DNA of 64,000 bases, taken from the NCBI RefSeq assembly GCF_009914755.1, contig NC_060929.1; one strand, given 5' to 3'. Of this stretch, positions 30,660 through 46,568 are shown one piece after another; position 1 is the first letter of the stretch, and every line of letters starts with the position of its first letter. A program made the translations under genes and the position numbers. The DNA is from the human T2T-CHM13v2.0 reference genome, Homo sapiens. Below the pieces are notes generated by a model, which did not search any database, was not told the origin of the DNA, and saw only the letters and a program-made list of their open reading frames with translations.

Positions 30660-33600
30660 TCCATTCCATTCCATTGCACTCGGGTTGATTCCATTCCTTT
30701 CCATTCCACTCGATTACATTCCCATCCATTCCACTCGGAATGATTCCACTCCATTCCATTCCATTCCATTCCATTCCATTCCATTTCGTTCCATTCCATT
30801 CTATTCCGTACCATTCCATTCCATTCCTTTCCATTCTATTCCATTCCATTCCATTCCACTCGGGTTGATTCCATTCCTTTCCATTCCATTCGGGTTGAAT
30901 CCATTCCATTCCGTTCAATTCCATTCGATTCCATTCCATTGCACTCGGTTTGATTCCATTCTATTCCATTCCATTCCATTCCAATCCATTCCATTCCATT
31001 CCACTCCATTCCATTCGGGATGATTCCATTCCATTCCATTCCATTCCATTCCATTCCATTCCATTCCATTCCATTCCATTCCGTTCTGTTTGATTCAGTT
31101 CCATTCCATTCCATTCCACGCGTTTTGATTCCATTCCCTTCTATTCCTTTTCATTCCATTCCACGCCATAAGATTCCATTCCATTCCATTCCATACGGGT
31201 ACATTCCATTCCATTCCATTCCATTGCATTCCATTCCATTCCATTGGATTCTGGTAGATTCCATTCCATTCCATTCCATTCCATTCCATTCCATTCCATT
31301 CCATTGCACTCGGGTTGATTCCATTCCTTTCCATTCCCCTCGATTACATTCCCTTCCATTCCACTCGGAATGATTCCATTCCATTACATTCCATTCCATT
31401 GCATTCCATTCCAATCCATTCCATTCCACTCGAGTTGATTCCATTCCATTGCATTCCATTCCATTCCTTCACATTCCATTCCATTCCATTCCTTTCCATT
31501 CCATTCCATTCCATTCCATTCGGGTTGATTCTATTCAATTCCTTTACACTCCATTCCATTCCATTCCATTTCACACAATTCATTCCATTCCATTCCACTC
31601 CAATTGGGTTGAATCCATTTCATTCCATTTCCTTCCATTCCATTCTATTCTGTACCATTCCACTCCATTCATTTCCTTACCATTCCATGCCAATCCAATC
31701 GGGTTGATTCCATTTCATTCCTTTCTATTCGGGTTGATTCCATTCCATTCCATTCCATTCCATTCCATTCCATTCCATTCCATTCCTTTGCACTCGAGTT
31801 GATTCCATTCCATTCCATTCCATTCCATTCCATTCCATTCCATTCCATTTCTTTCCATTCCATTCTACTCTGGTTGATTCCACTCTATTCTTTTCCATTC
31901 CATTCCGTTCCCTTCCATTCCACTTGGGTTGATTCCATTCCTTTCCATTCCACTCGAATACATTCCTTCTATTCCACTCGGAATGATTCCACTCCATTCC
32001 ATTCCATTCCATTCCGTTCCATTCCATTCCATTCCATTCCATTCCATTCCGTTCCATTCCATTCCATTCCATTCCATTTCGTTCCATTCCATTCTATTCC
32101 GTACCATTTCATTCCATTCCTTTCCATTCTATTCCATTCCATGCCATTCCACTCGGGTTGATTCAATTCCTTTCTTTTCCATTCGGCTTCAGTCCATTCC
32201 AATCCATTCCATTCCAGTCGATTCCATTTGACTGCAGTCGGGTTGATTCCATTCCATTCCGTTCCATTCCATTCCATTCCATTCCATTCCGCTCCATTCC
32301 ATTTGGGATGATTCCATTCCATTCCATTCCATTCCCTTCCATTCCACTCGGGTTGATTCCATTCCTTTCCATTCCACTCGATTACATTCCCTTCCATTCC
32401 ACTCGGAATGATTCCATTCCATTACATTCCGTTCCATTGCAATGCATTCCAATCCATCCCATTCCACTCGAGTTGATTCCATTCCATTCCATTCCATTCT
32501 ATTCCATTCAATTCCACTTTGATTGTTTCCATTCTATTCTTTTCCATTCCATTCCCTTCCCTTCCATTCCACTCGGGTTGATTCCATTCCTTTCCATTCC
32601 ACTCGAATACATTCCCTTGTATTCCACTCGGAATGTTTCCACTCCATTCCATTCCATTTCGTTCCATTCCATTCTCTTCCGTACCATTCCACTCCATTCC
32701 TTTCCATTCTATTCCATTCCATGCCATTTCACTCGGGTTGATTCCATTCCTTTCCATTCCATTCGGGTTGAATCCATTCGATTCCATTCCATTGCATTCG
32801 GGTTGATATTCCATTCCATTCCATTCCATTCCATTCCATTCTATTCCATTCCATTCCATTCCATTCCGCTCCATTCCATTCGGGATGATTCCATTCCATT
32901 CCATTCAATTCCATTGCATTCCATTCCATTCCACTCTGTTTGATTCAGTTCCATTCCATTCCATTCCACGCGATTTGATTCCATTCCATTCTATTCTGTT
33001 TCTGTCCATTCCACGCCATACGATTCCATTGCATTCCATTCCATTCGGGTACATTCCATTCCATTCCGTTCCATTCTATTCCATTTCATTCTGTTAGATT
33101 CCATTCCAATCTATTCCATTCCATTGCACTCGGGTTGATTCCATTCCTTTCCATTCCACTCGATTACATTCCCTTCCATTCCACTGGGAATGACTCCATT
33201 CCACTACATTCCATTCCATTGCATTCCATTCCAATCCATTCCATTCCACTCGAGTTGATTCCATTCCATTCCATTCCATTCCTTCACATTCCATTCCATT
33301 CCATTCCATTCGGGTTGATTCTTTTCAATTCCTTTACTTTCTATTCCATTCCATTCCATTCCACACAATTCCATTCCATTCCATTCCACTCAAATTGGGT
33401 TGAATCCGTTTCATTCCATTTCGTTCCATTCCATTCTATTCCGTAACATTCCATTCCATTCATTTCCTTACCATACCATGCCATTCCAATCGGGTTGATT
33501 CCATTTCATTCCTTTCTATTCTGGTTCATTCCATTCCATTCCATTCCATTCCATTCCATTCCATTCCATTCCATTCCATTCCATTGCACTCGGGTTGATT

Positions 33601-36600
33601 CCATTCCATTCCATTCCATTCCATTCCATTCCATTCCATTCCATTCCTTTCCATTCCATTCCACTCTGGTTGATTCCATTCTATTCTTTTCCATTCCATT
33701 CAGTTCCCTTCTATTCCACTCGGAATGATTCCACTCCATTCCATTCCATTCCATTCCATTCCATTCCATTCCATTCCATTCCATTCCATTCCATTTCATT
33801 CCATTCCATTTCGTTCCATTCCATTCTATTCCGTACCATTCCATTCCATTCCTTTCCATTCTATTCCATTCCATGCCTTTCCACTCGGGTTGATTCCATT
33901 CGTTTGCATTCCATTCGGGTTGAATCCATTCCATTCCATTCCATTCCATTTGACTCCAAGCCATTGCACTCGGTTTGATTCCATTCCATTCCATTCCATT
34001 CCACTCCATTCCATTCCATTCCATTCCACACAATTCCATTGCATTCCATTCCATTCCATCCCAATTGGGTTGAATCCATTCTATTCCATTTCATTCCATT
34101 CTATTCCATACCATTCCATTCCATTCCTTTGCATTCCGTTCCACTCCATTCCATTCGGGTTGATTCTATTCAATTCCTTTACACTCCATTCCATTCCATC
34201 CCAATTGGGTTGAATACATTCTATTCCATTTCGTTCCATTCTATTCCGTACCATTCCATGCCATTCCTTTGCATTCCGTTCCACTCCATTCCATTCGCGT
34301 TGATTCTATTCAATTCCTTTACACTCCATTCCATTCCATTCCATTCCACACAATTCCATTCCATTCGATTCCATTCCAATTGGGTTGAATCCATTCCATT
34401 CCATTTCGTTCCATTCCTTTCTATTGCGTACCATTCCATTCCATTCCATTCCTTTCCATTCCCTTCCATTCCACTCGGGTTGATTCCATTCCTTTCCATT
34501 CCACTCGATTACATTCCCTTCCATTCCAATCGGAATGATTCCATTCCATTCCATTCCATTCCATTGCATTCCATTCCAATCCATCCCATTCCACTCGAGT
34601 TGATTCCATTCCATTCCATTCCATTCCATTCCATTCCATTCCATTCCACTTTGGTTATTTCCATTCTATTCTTTTCCATTCCATTCCCTTCCCTTCCAAT
34701 CCACTCGGGTTGATTCCATTCCTTTCCATTCCACTCGAATACATTCCGTTCTATTCCACTCGGAATATTTCCACTCCATTCTATTCCATTTCATTCCATT
34801 CCATTCTATTCCATACCATTCCATTCCATTCCTTTCCATTCTATTCCATTCCATGCCATTTCACTCGGGTTGATTCCATTCCTTTCCATTCCATTCGGGT
34901 TGAATCCATTCCATTCCATTCCATTCCATTCCATTCCATTCCATTCCATTGCATTCGGTTTGATTCCATTCCATTCCATTCCATTCCATTCCATTCCATT
35001 CCATTCCATTGCATTCCGCTCCATTCCATTCGGGATGATTCCATTCCATTCCATTCCATTCCATTCCATTCCATTCCACTCTGTTTGATTCAGTTCCATT
35101 CCATGCTATTCCACGCGATTTGATTCCATTCCATTCTATTCCGTTTCTGTCCATTCCACGCCATACGATTCCATTGCATTCCATTCCATTCGGGTACATT
35201 CCATTCCATTACGTTCCATTATATTCCATTTCATTCTGTTAGATTCCATTGCATTCCATTCCATTCCATTCCTTTCCACTCGAGTTGATTCCATTCCATT
35301 CCATTCCATTCCTTTCCATTCCGTTCCATTCCTTCACATTCCGTTCCATTTCATTCCATTCGGGTTGATTCTTTTCAATTCCTTTACAGTCTATTCCATT
35401 CCATTCCATTCCACACAATTCCATTCCATTCCATTCCACTCCAATTGTGTTGAATCCATTTCATTCCATTTCGTTCCATTCCATTCTATTCCGTACCATT
35501 CCATTCCATTCATTTCCTTACCATACCATGCCATTTTAATCGGGTTGATTCCATTTCATTCCTTTCTATTCTGGTTCATTCCATTCCATTCCATTCCATT
35601 CCATTCCATTCCATTGCACTCTAGTTGATTCCATTCCATTCCATTCCATTCCATTCCATTCCATTCCATTCCTTTCCATTCCATTCCACTCTGGTTGATT
35701 CCATTCTACTCTTTTCCATTCCATTCCGTTCCCTTCCATTCCACTCAGGTTGATTCCATTCCTTTCCATTCCACTCGAATACATTCCTTCTATTCCACTC
35801 GGAATGATTCCACTCCATTCCATTCCATTCCAATCCACTTCGTTCCATTCCATTCCTTTCCATTCTATTCCATTCCATGCCATTCCACTCGGGTTGATTC
35901 CATTCCTTTCCATTCCATTCGGGTTGAATCCATTCCATTCCTTTCCATTCCATTCGATTCCATGCCATTGCACTCGGGTTGATTCCATTCCATTCCATTC
36001 CATTCCACTCCATTCCATTCCATTCCATTCCATTCCACACAATTCCATTGCATTCCATTCCATTCCATCCCAATTGGGTTGAATCCATTCTATTCCGTTT
36101 CGTTCCATTCTATTCCCTACCATTCCATTCCATTCCTTTGCATTCCGTTCCACTCCATTCCATTCGGGTTGATTCTATTCAATTCCTTTACTCTCCATTC
36201 CATTCCATTCCATTCCACACAATTCCATTCCATTCGATTCCATTCCAATTGGGTTAAATCCATTCCGTTCCATTTCGTTCCATTCCTTTCTATTGCGTAC
36301 CATTCCATTCCATTCCACTCCTTTCCATTCCATGCCATTCCACTCGGGTTGATTCTATTTCATTCCATTCTGTTCGGGTTGATTCCATTCCATTGAATTC
36401 CATTCCATTCCATTCCATTCCAGTGCACTCGAGTTGATTCCGTTCCATTCCATTCCATTCCATTATTTTCCATTCCATTCCACTCGGGTTGATTCCATTC
36501 TATTCTTTTCCATTCCATTCCATTCCCTTCCATTCCACTCGGGTTGATTCCATTCCTTTCCATTCCACTCGAAAACATTCCCTTTTATTCCACTCGGAAT

Positions 36601-39600
36601 GATTGCACTCCATTCCATTCCATTCCATTCAATTTCGTTCCATTCCATTCTATTCCGTACCATTCCATTCCATTCCATTCCATTCCATTCCATGCCATTC
36701 CATGCCATTCCACTCGGGTTGATTCCATTCCTTTCCACTCCATTCGCGTTGAATCCATTCCATTCCATTACATTTCATGCAATTCCATTCCATTGCACTC
36801 GGGTTGATTCCATTCAATTCCATCCCATTCCATTCCATTACATTCCACTCCATTCCATTCGGGATGATTCCATTCCATTCCATTCCATTCCATTCCATTC
36901 CATTCCATTCCATTCCATTCCATTCCATTCCATTGCACTCTGTTTGATTCATTTCCATTCCATTCGATTCCATGCGATTTGCTTCCATTCCACTCTATTC
37001 CGTTTCATTCCATTCCACGCCATACGATTCCATTCCTTTCCATTCCATTCGGGTACATTCCACTCCATTTCATTCCATTCTATTCCATTCCTTTCTGGTA
37101 GATTCCATTCCATTCCATTCCATTCCATTCCATTCCATTCCATTCCATTGCACTCGCGTTGATTCCATTCTTCTCCATTCCACTCGATTACATTCACTTC
37201 CATTCCACTCGGAATGATTCCATTCCATTCCTTTCCATTCCATTCCGTTCCATTCCATTCCATTCCATTCGGGTTGATTCTATTCAATTCCTTTACACTC
37301 CATTCCATTCTATTCAATTCCAGACAATTCCATTCCATTCCAATCGGGTTAAATCCCTTCCATTCCATTCCATTCCATTCCATTCCATTCCATTGCATAG
37401 CACTCAGGTTGATTCCATTCCTTTCCATTCCACTCGATTACATTCACTTCCATTCCACTCGGAATGATTCCATTCCATTCCATTCCCTTCCATTGCATTC
37501 CATTCCAATCCATTCCATTCCATTCCATTCCACTCGAGTTGATTCCATTCCATTCCATTCCATTCCATTCCATTCCTTTCCATTCCATTACATTCCTTTC
37601 GGGTTGATTCTATTCAATTCCTTTACACTCCATTCCATTCTATGCAATTCCACACAATTCCATTCCAATCCATTCCATTCCATTCCATTCCATTCCAATC
37701 GGGTTGAATCCATTCCATTCCATTTCGTTCCATTCCATTCTATTCCGTACCATTCCATTCCATTCCATTCCATTGCATTCCGTACCATTCCATGCCATTC
37801 CACTCGGGTTGATTCCATTCCTTTCCACTCCATTCGCTTTGAATCCATTCCATTCCATTACATTTCATGCAATTCCATTCCATTGCACTTGGGTTGATTC
37901 CATTCAATTCCATCCCATTCCATTCCATTCCATTCCATTACATTCCACTCTGTTTGATTCATTTCCATTCCATTCGATTCCATGCGATTTGCTTCTATTC
38001 CACTCTATTCCGTTTCATTCCATTCCACGCCATACGATTCCATTCCTTTCCATTCCATTCGGGTACATTCCACTCCATTTCATTCCATTCTGTTCCATTC
38101 CTTTCTGGTAGATTCCATTCCATTCCATTCCATTCCATTCCATTCCATTCCATTCCATTCCATTGCACTCACGTTGATTCCATTCTTTTCCATTCCACTC
38201 GATTACATTCACTTCCATTCCACTCGGAATGATTCCATTCCATTCCTTTCCATTCCATTCCGTTCCATTCCATTCCATTCCATTCGGGTTGATTCTATTC
38301 AATTCCTTTACACTCCATTCCATTCTATTCAATTTTAGACAATTCCATTCCATTCCAATCGTGTTGAATCCATTCCATTCCATTCCATTCCATTCCATTC
38401 CATTCCATTCCATTGCATAGCACTCAGGTTGATTCCATTCCTTTCCATTCCACTCGATTACATTCACTTCCATTCCACTCGGAATGATTCCATTCCATTC
38501 CATTCCCTTCCATTGCATTCCATTCCAATCCATTCCATTCCATTCCATTCCACTTGAGTTGATTCCATTCCATTCCATTCCATTCCATTCCATTCCATTC
38601 CATTCCATTCCTTTCCATTCAATTACATTCCTTTCGGGTTGATTCTATTCAATTCCTTTACACTCCATTCCATTCTATTCAATTCCACACAATTCCATTC
38701 CAATATATTCCATTCCAATCCATTCCATTCCATTCCATTTCGTTCCATTCCATTATATTCCGTAGCATTCCATTCCATTCCATTCCTTTCAATTCCATGC
38801 CATTCCACTCGGGTTGATTCCATTTCATTCCATTCTATTCGGGTTGATTCCATTCCATTCCATTCCATTCCGTTCCATTCCATTCCATTCCATTCCATTC
38901 CATTCCATTCCATTCCATTGCACTCGAGTTGATTCCATTCCATTCCATTCCATTGCATTCCATTCCTTTTCATTCCATTCCTCTCGGGTTGATTCCATTC
39001 TATTCCTTTCAATTCCATTCCATTCCCTTATATTCCCCTCGGGGTGATTCCATTCCTTTCCATTCCACTCGAATACATTCCCTTCTATTCCAGTCGGAAT
39101 GATTCCTTTCCATTCCATTCCATTTCGTTCCATTCCATTTTATTCCGTACCATTCCATTCCATTCCATTCCATTCCATTGCATTCCATTCCATTCCATGC
39201 CATTTCACTCGGGTTGATTCCATTCCTTTCCACTCCATTCGCGTTGAATCCATTCCATTTCTTTCCATTCCATTCCATTGCACTTGGGTTGATTCCATTC
39301 AAATCCATCCCATTCCATTCCATTCCATTCCATTCCATTCCATTCCATTCCACTCCAATCCATTCGGAGTGATTCCATTCCATTCCGTTTGATTCCATTA
39401 CACTCTGTGTGATTAAGTTCCATTGCATTCCATTCCACGTGATTTGATTCCATTCCTTTCTATTCCGTTTCATTCCATTCCACGCCATACGATTCCATTG
39501 CATTCCATGCCACTCGGGTACATTCCATTCCATTCCATTCCATTCCATTCCATTCCATTCCATTCCATTGCACTCGAGTTGATTCCATTCCATTCCATTA

Positions 39601-40400
39601 CATTCTATTCCATTTCATTCCATTCCACTCCATTCCATTCGGGATGATTCCATTCCTATCCATTCCACTCTGGTTGATTGCGTTCCATTCCTTTCCATTC
39701 CATTCCATTCCCTTCCATTCCACTCGGGTTGATTCCATTCCTGTCCATTTCACTCGATTACATTTCCTTCCATTCAACTCGGAATGATTCCATTCCATTC
39801 CATTGCATTCCATTCCAATCCATTCCATTCCATTCCATTCCAATCGAGTTGATTCCATTCCATTCCATTCCATTCCATTCCTTTCCATTCCATTCCACTC
39901 GGGTTGATTCCATTCTATTCTTTTCCATTCCATTCCATTCCCTTTCATTCCACTCGGGTTGATTCCATTCCTTTCCATTCCACTCAAAAACATTCCCTTT
40001 TATTCCACACGGAATGATTCCACTCCTTTCCATTCCATTCCATTCAATTTCGTTCCATTCCATTCTATTCCGTACCATTCCATTCCATTCCATTCCATTC
40101 CATTCCATTCCATTCCATTCCATTCCATTCCATGCCATTCCACTCGGGTTGATTCCATTCCTTTCCATTACATTCGGGTTGAATCCATTCCATTCCATTC
40201 AATTCCATTCGATTCCATTCCATTGCACTCGGGTTGATTCCATTCCATTCCATTCCATTCCACTCTATTCCATTCCATTCCACTCCATTCCATTCGGGAT
40301 GATTCCATTCCATTCCATTCCATTCCATTCCATTCCATTCCATTCCACTCTGTTTGCTTCAGTTCCATGCCATTCCATTCCATGCGATTTGATTCCATTC
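30660..40400 (+). repeat. Copy 2 of a degenerate ~13-kb higher-order unit
   Basis: Same markers as 17500-27950. ORF-track pairs at offsets 13185, 13175, 13062, 13027 and 13057. Confidence 0.82.
36650..38720 (+). repeat. Tandem duplication of a ~1.01-1.09 kb unit
   Basis: CATTTCATGCAATTCC (36771/37861), GCGATTTGCTTC, AGACAATTCC, TGCATAGCACTCAGG (37394/38414). ORF pairs at offsets 1010-1020. Confidence 0.87.
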
Positions 40401-43400
40401 CATTCCATTCCCTTCCATTCCACTCGTATTGTTTCCATTTCCATTCCACTCGATTACATTCCCTTCCATTCCACTCGGAATGATTCAATTTCATTCCATT
40501 CCCTTCCATTCCCTTCCATTGCATTCCATTCCAATCCATTCCATTCCATTCCATTCCACTCGATTTGATTCCATTCCCTTCCATTCAATTCCATTCCATT
40601 CCATTCCATTCCATTCCATTGCATTCCGTTCCATTCCATTCCATTCGGGTTACTTCTATTCAATTCCTTTACAGTCAATTCCATTCCATTCCATTCCCCA
40701 CAATTCCATTCCATTCTATTCCATTCCAAATGGGTTGAGTCCATTCTGTTCCATTTCGTTCCATTCCATTCTATTCTGTACCATTCCATTCCATTCCATT
40801 CCTTTCCATTCCATGCCACTCCACTCGAGTTGATTCCATTCCATTCCATTCTATTCGTGTTGATTCCATTCCATTCCATTCCATTCCATTCCATTCCACT
40901 GGGGTTGATTCCATTCTATTACTTTCCATTCCATTCCATACTCTTCCATTCCACTCGGGTTGATTCCATTACTTTCCATTACACTCGAATACATTCCCTT
41001 CTATTCCACTCGGAATGATTCCATTCCATTCCATTCCCTTCCATTCACTTCCATTGCATTCCATTCCAATCCATTCCATTCCATTCCATTCCACTTTAGT
41101 TGATTCCATTCCATTCCCTTCCACTCCATTCCATTCCATTGTGTTCCATTCCATTCCATTCTATTCGGGTTGATTCTATTCAATTCCTTTACACTCCATT
41201 CCATTCTATTCAATTCCAGACAGTTCCATTTCATTCCATTCCATTCCATTCCATTCCATTCCATTCCATTCCTTTCCATTCTATTCCATTCCATGCCATT
41301 TCACTCGGGTTGATTTCTTTCCTTTACATTCCATTCGGGTTGAATCCATTCCTTTCCATTCCATTCCATTCCATTGCACTCGGGTTGATTCCATTCCATT
41401 CCATTCCATTCCATTCCGCTCCATTCCATTCCATTCCATTCTGCTCCACTCAATTCGGGATGATTCCATTCCATTCCATTCCATTCCATTCCATTCCATT
41501 CCATTCCATTCCATTGCACTCTGTTTGATTCAGTTCCATTCCGTTCCATTCCACGCGATTTGATTGCATTCTATTCTATTCCGTTTCTTTCCATTCCACG
41601 CCATACGATTCCATTCCATTCCATTCCATTCGGGTACATTACATTCCATTCCATTCCATTCCATTCCATTCCATTCCATTCCATTCCATTTCATTCTGGT
41701 AGACTCCATTCCATTCCATTCCATTCCATTGCACTCGGGTTGATTCCATCCCTTTCCATTCCACTCGATTACATTAACTTCCATTCCACTCGGAATGATT
41801 CCATTCCATTCCATTCCATTCCATTGCCTTCCATTCCAATCCATTCCATTCCACTCGAGTTGATTCCATTCCATTCCATTCCATTCAAATCCATTCCTTC
41901 ACATTCCATTCCATTCCATTCCATTCGGGTTGATTCTTTTCAATTCCTTTACCCTCTATTCCATTCCATTCCATTCCACACAATTCCATTCCATTCCATT
42001 TCACTCCAATTGGGTTGAATCCATTTCATTCCATTTCGTTCCATTCCATTCTATTCAGTACCATTCCATTCCATTCATTTCCTTACCATTCCATGCCATT
42101 CCATTCGGGTTGATTCCATTTCATTCCATTCTATTCAGGTTGATTCCATTCCATTCCATTCCATTCCATTCTATTCCATTCCATTCCATTCCCATCTGCT
42201 CCGTCCCATTCCATCCCATTCCATTCGGGTTGATTCAATTCAATTCCTTTACACTCCATTCCATTCCATTCCACGCAATTCCATTCCATTCCATTCCATT
42301 TCATGTGGGTTCAATGCATTCTATTCCATTTCGTTCCATTCATTTCTATTCCGTAGCATAGCATTCCATTCCATTACATTCTATTCCATTCCATGCAATT
42401 CTACTCGGGTTGCTTCCATGCCATTCCATTCCATTCCATTCCACTCGGGTTGATTCCATTCCATTCCTTTCCATTCCATTCCACTCGGGTTGATTCCATT
42501 CCATTCCTTTCCATTCCATTCCATTCCCTTCCATTCCACTCGGGTTGATTCCATTCCTTTCCATTCCATTCGGGTTGAATCCATTCCATTCCATTCAATT
42601 CCATTCGATTCCATTCCATTGCACTAGGGTTGATTACATTCCATTCCATTCCTTTCCATTGCATTCCATTCGATTCCATTCCATTCTGCTCCATTCCATT
42701 CGGGATGATTCCATTCCATTCCATTCCATTCCATTCCATTCCATTCCATTCCACTCTGTTTGATTCAGTTCCATTCCATTCCATTCCATGCGATTTGATT
42801 CCATTCCATTCCATTCCCTTCCATTCCACTCGTGTTGATTCCATTTCCATTCCACTCGATTACATTCCCTTCCATTCCACTCGGAATGATCCCATTCCAT
42901 TCCATTCCCTTCCATTCCCTTCCATTGCATTCCATTCCAATCCATTCCATTCCATTCCATTCCACTCGATTTGATTAAATTCCCTTCCATTCCATTCCAT
43001 TCCATTCCATTCGGGTTGATTCTATTCAATTCCTTTACACTCCATTCCATTCTATTCAATTCCACACAATTCCATTCCATTCCATTCCATTCCATTCCAT
43101 TCCATTCCATTCCATTCCATTCCAATCGGGTTGAATCCATTCCATTCCATTCCATTCCATTCCAATCCATTCCTTTCCATTCCATTCTGGTAGATTCCAT
43201 TCCATTCCATTCCATTCCATTCCATTCTGCTCCATTCCATTCGGGATGATTCCATTCCATTCCATTCCATTCCATTCCATTCCATTCTGTTTGATTCAGT
43301 TCCATTCCATTCTATTCCACGCTATTTGATTCCATTCCATTCTATTCCGTTTCATTCCATTCCACGCCATACCTTTCCATTCCATTCCATTCCAAACTGG

Positions 43401-46400
43401 AACATTGCATTTCATTCCATTCCATTCCATTCCATTCCATTGCATTCTGGTAGATTCCATTCCATTCCATTCCATTCCATTCCATTCCATTCCATTCCAT
43501 TCCATTCCATTCCATTGCACTCGGGTTGATTCCATTCCTTTCCATTCCACTCGATTACATTCCCTTCCATTCCACTCGGAATGATTCCATTCCATTCCAT
43601 TCCATTCCATTGCATTCCATTCCAATCCATTTCATTCCACCCGAGTTGATTCCATTCCATTCCATTCCGTTACATTCCATTCCTTTCCATTCCATTCCAT
43701 TCCATTCCATTCCATTCCATTCCATTCGGGTTGATTCTATTCAATTCCTTTACACTCTATTCCATTCCATTCCATTCCATTCCATTCCATTCAATTCGGG
43801 TTGATTCTCTTCAATTTCTTTACACTCTATTCCATTCCATTCCATTCCACACAGTTCATTCCATTCCATTCCACTCCAATTGGGTTGAATCCATTTCATT
43901 CCATTTCGTTCCATTCCATTCTATTCCGTACCATTCAATGCCATTCCATTCCTTTCCTTTCCATGCCTTTCCACTCGGGTTGATTCCATTTCATTCCATT
44001 CTATTCGGGTTGATTCCATTCCATTCCATTCCATTCCATTTCGTTCCATTCAATTCCACTCGGGTTGATTCCATTCCATTCCTTTCCATTCCATTCCATT
44101 CCCTTCCATTCCACTCGGGTTGATTCCATTCCTTTCCATTCCACTGGATTACATTCCCTTCCATTCCACTCAGAATGATTCCTTTCAATTTCATTGCATT
44201 CCATTCCAATCCATTCCATTCCATTCCATTCCACTCGAGTTGATTCCATTCCATTCCTTTCCATTCCATTACATTCCTTTCCATTCCATTACATTCCATT
44301 CTATTCGGGTTGATTCTATTCAATTCTTTTACACTCCATTCAATTCCATTCCATTCCACACAATTCCATTTCATTCTATTCCATTCCAGTTGGGTTGAAT
44401 CCATTTCATTCCATTTCGTTCCATTCCATTCTATTCCGTACCATTCAAATCCATTCCATTCCTTTCCATTCCATGCCATTCCACTGGGGTTGATTCCATT
44501 TCATTCCATTCTATTCGGGTTGATTCCATTCCATTCCATTCCATAAAATTCCATTCCATTTCTTTCCATTCCATTGAATTCCTTACCATTCCATTCCATT
44601 CCTTTCCATTCTATTCCATTTCATGCCATTCCACTCGGGTTGATTCCATTCCATTCCATTCCATTCCATTCCATTCCATTCTGCTCCATTCCATTCGGGA
44701 TTATTCCATTCCATTCCATTCCATTCCATTCCATTCCACTCTGTTTTATTCAGTTCCATTCCATTGCATTCCACGCGATTTGATTCCATTCCATTCTATT
44801 ACGTTTCTTTCCATTCCACGCCATACGATTCCATTCCATTCCATTCCATTCTGGTACATTCCATTGCATTCCATTCCATTCCATTTCATTCTGGTAGATT
44901 CCATTCCATTCCATTCCATTCCATTCCATTGCACTCGGGTTGATTCTATTCCTTTCCATTCCACTCGATTACATTCCCATCCATTCCACTCGGAATGATT
45001 CCACTCCATTCCATTCCATTCCATTCCATTCCATTCCATTCCATTCCATTCCATTTCGTTCCATTCCATTCTATTCCGTACCAATCCATTCCATTCCTTT
45101 CCATTCTATTCCATTCCATGCCATTCCACTCGGGTTGATTCCATTCCTTTCCATTCCATTCTGGTTGAATCCATTCCATTCCATTCCATTCCATTCCATT
45201 CCATTGCACTCGAGTTGATTCCATTACATTCCATTCCATTCCATTCCATTCCATACCTTTCCATTCCATTCCACTTTGGTTGTTTCCATTCTATTCCTAT
45301 CTGTTCCATTCCCTTCCCTTCCATTCCTCTCGGGTTGATTCCATTCCTTTCCATTCCACTCGGATACATTCCCTTCTGTTCCACTCGGAATGATTCCACT
45401 CCATTCCATTCCATTCCATTCCATTCCATTCCATTCCATTCCATTCCATTTCATTCCATTCCATTCTATTCCGTACCATTCCATTCCATTCCTTTCCATT
45501 CTATTCCTTTCCATGCCATTTCACTCGGGTTGATTCCAGTCCTTTCCATTCCATTCGGGTTGAATCCATTCCATTCCATTCCATTCCATTGCTTTCCATT
45601 CCATTGCATTCGGGTTGATTCCATTCCATTCCATTCCATTCCATTCCATTCCATTCCATTCCGCTCCATTCCATTCGGGATGATTCCATTCCATTCCATT
45701 CCATTCCATTCCATTCCATTCCATTCCGCTCCATTCCATTCGGGATGGTTCCATTCCATTCCATTCCATTCCATTCCATTCCACTCTGTTTGATTCAGTT
45801 CCATTCTATTCCATTCCATGCGATTTGATTCCATTCCATTCTATTCCGTTTCTGTCCATTCCATGCCATACGATTCCATTGCATTCCATTCCATTCGGGT
45901 ACATTCCATTCCATTCCGTTCCATTCCATTCCATTTCATTCTGTTAGATTCCATTCCATTCCATTCCATTCCATTCCATTGCACTCGGGTTGATTCCATT
46001 CCTTTCCATTCCACTCGATTACATTCCCTTCCATTCCACTCGGAATGATTCCATTCCATTACATTCCATTCCATTGCATTCCATTCCTATTCGTTCCATT
46101 CCACTCGAGTTGATTCCATTCCATTCCATTCCATTCCATTCCATTCCATTCCTTCACATTCCATTCCATTCCATTCCATTCGGGTTGATTCTTTTCAATT
46201 CCTTTACACTCTATTCCATTCCATTCCATTCCACACAATTCCATTCCATTCCATTCCACTCCAATTGGGTTGAATCCATTTCATTCCATTTAGTTCCATT
46301 TCATTCTATTCCGTACCATTCCATTACATTCATTTCCATACCATTCCATGCCATTCCAATCGGGTTGATTCCATTTCATTCCTTTCTATTCTGGTTCATT

Positions 46401-46568
46401 CCATTCCATTCCATTCCATTGCACTCGAGTTGATTCCATTCCATTCCATTCCATTCCATTCCATTCCATTCCATTCCATTCCATTCCACTCTGGTTGATT
46501 CCATTCTATTCTTTTCCATTCCATTCCATTCCCTTCCATTCCACTTGGGTTGATTCCATTCCTTTCCA

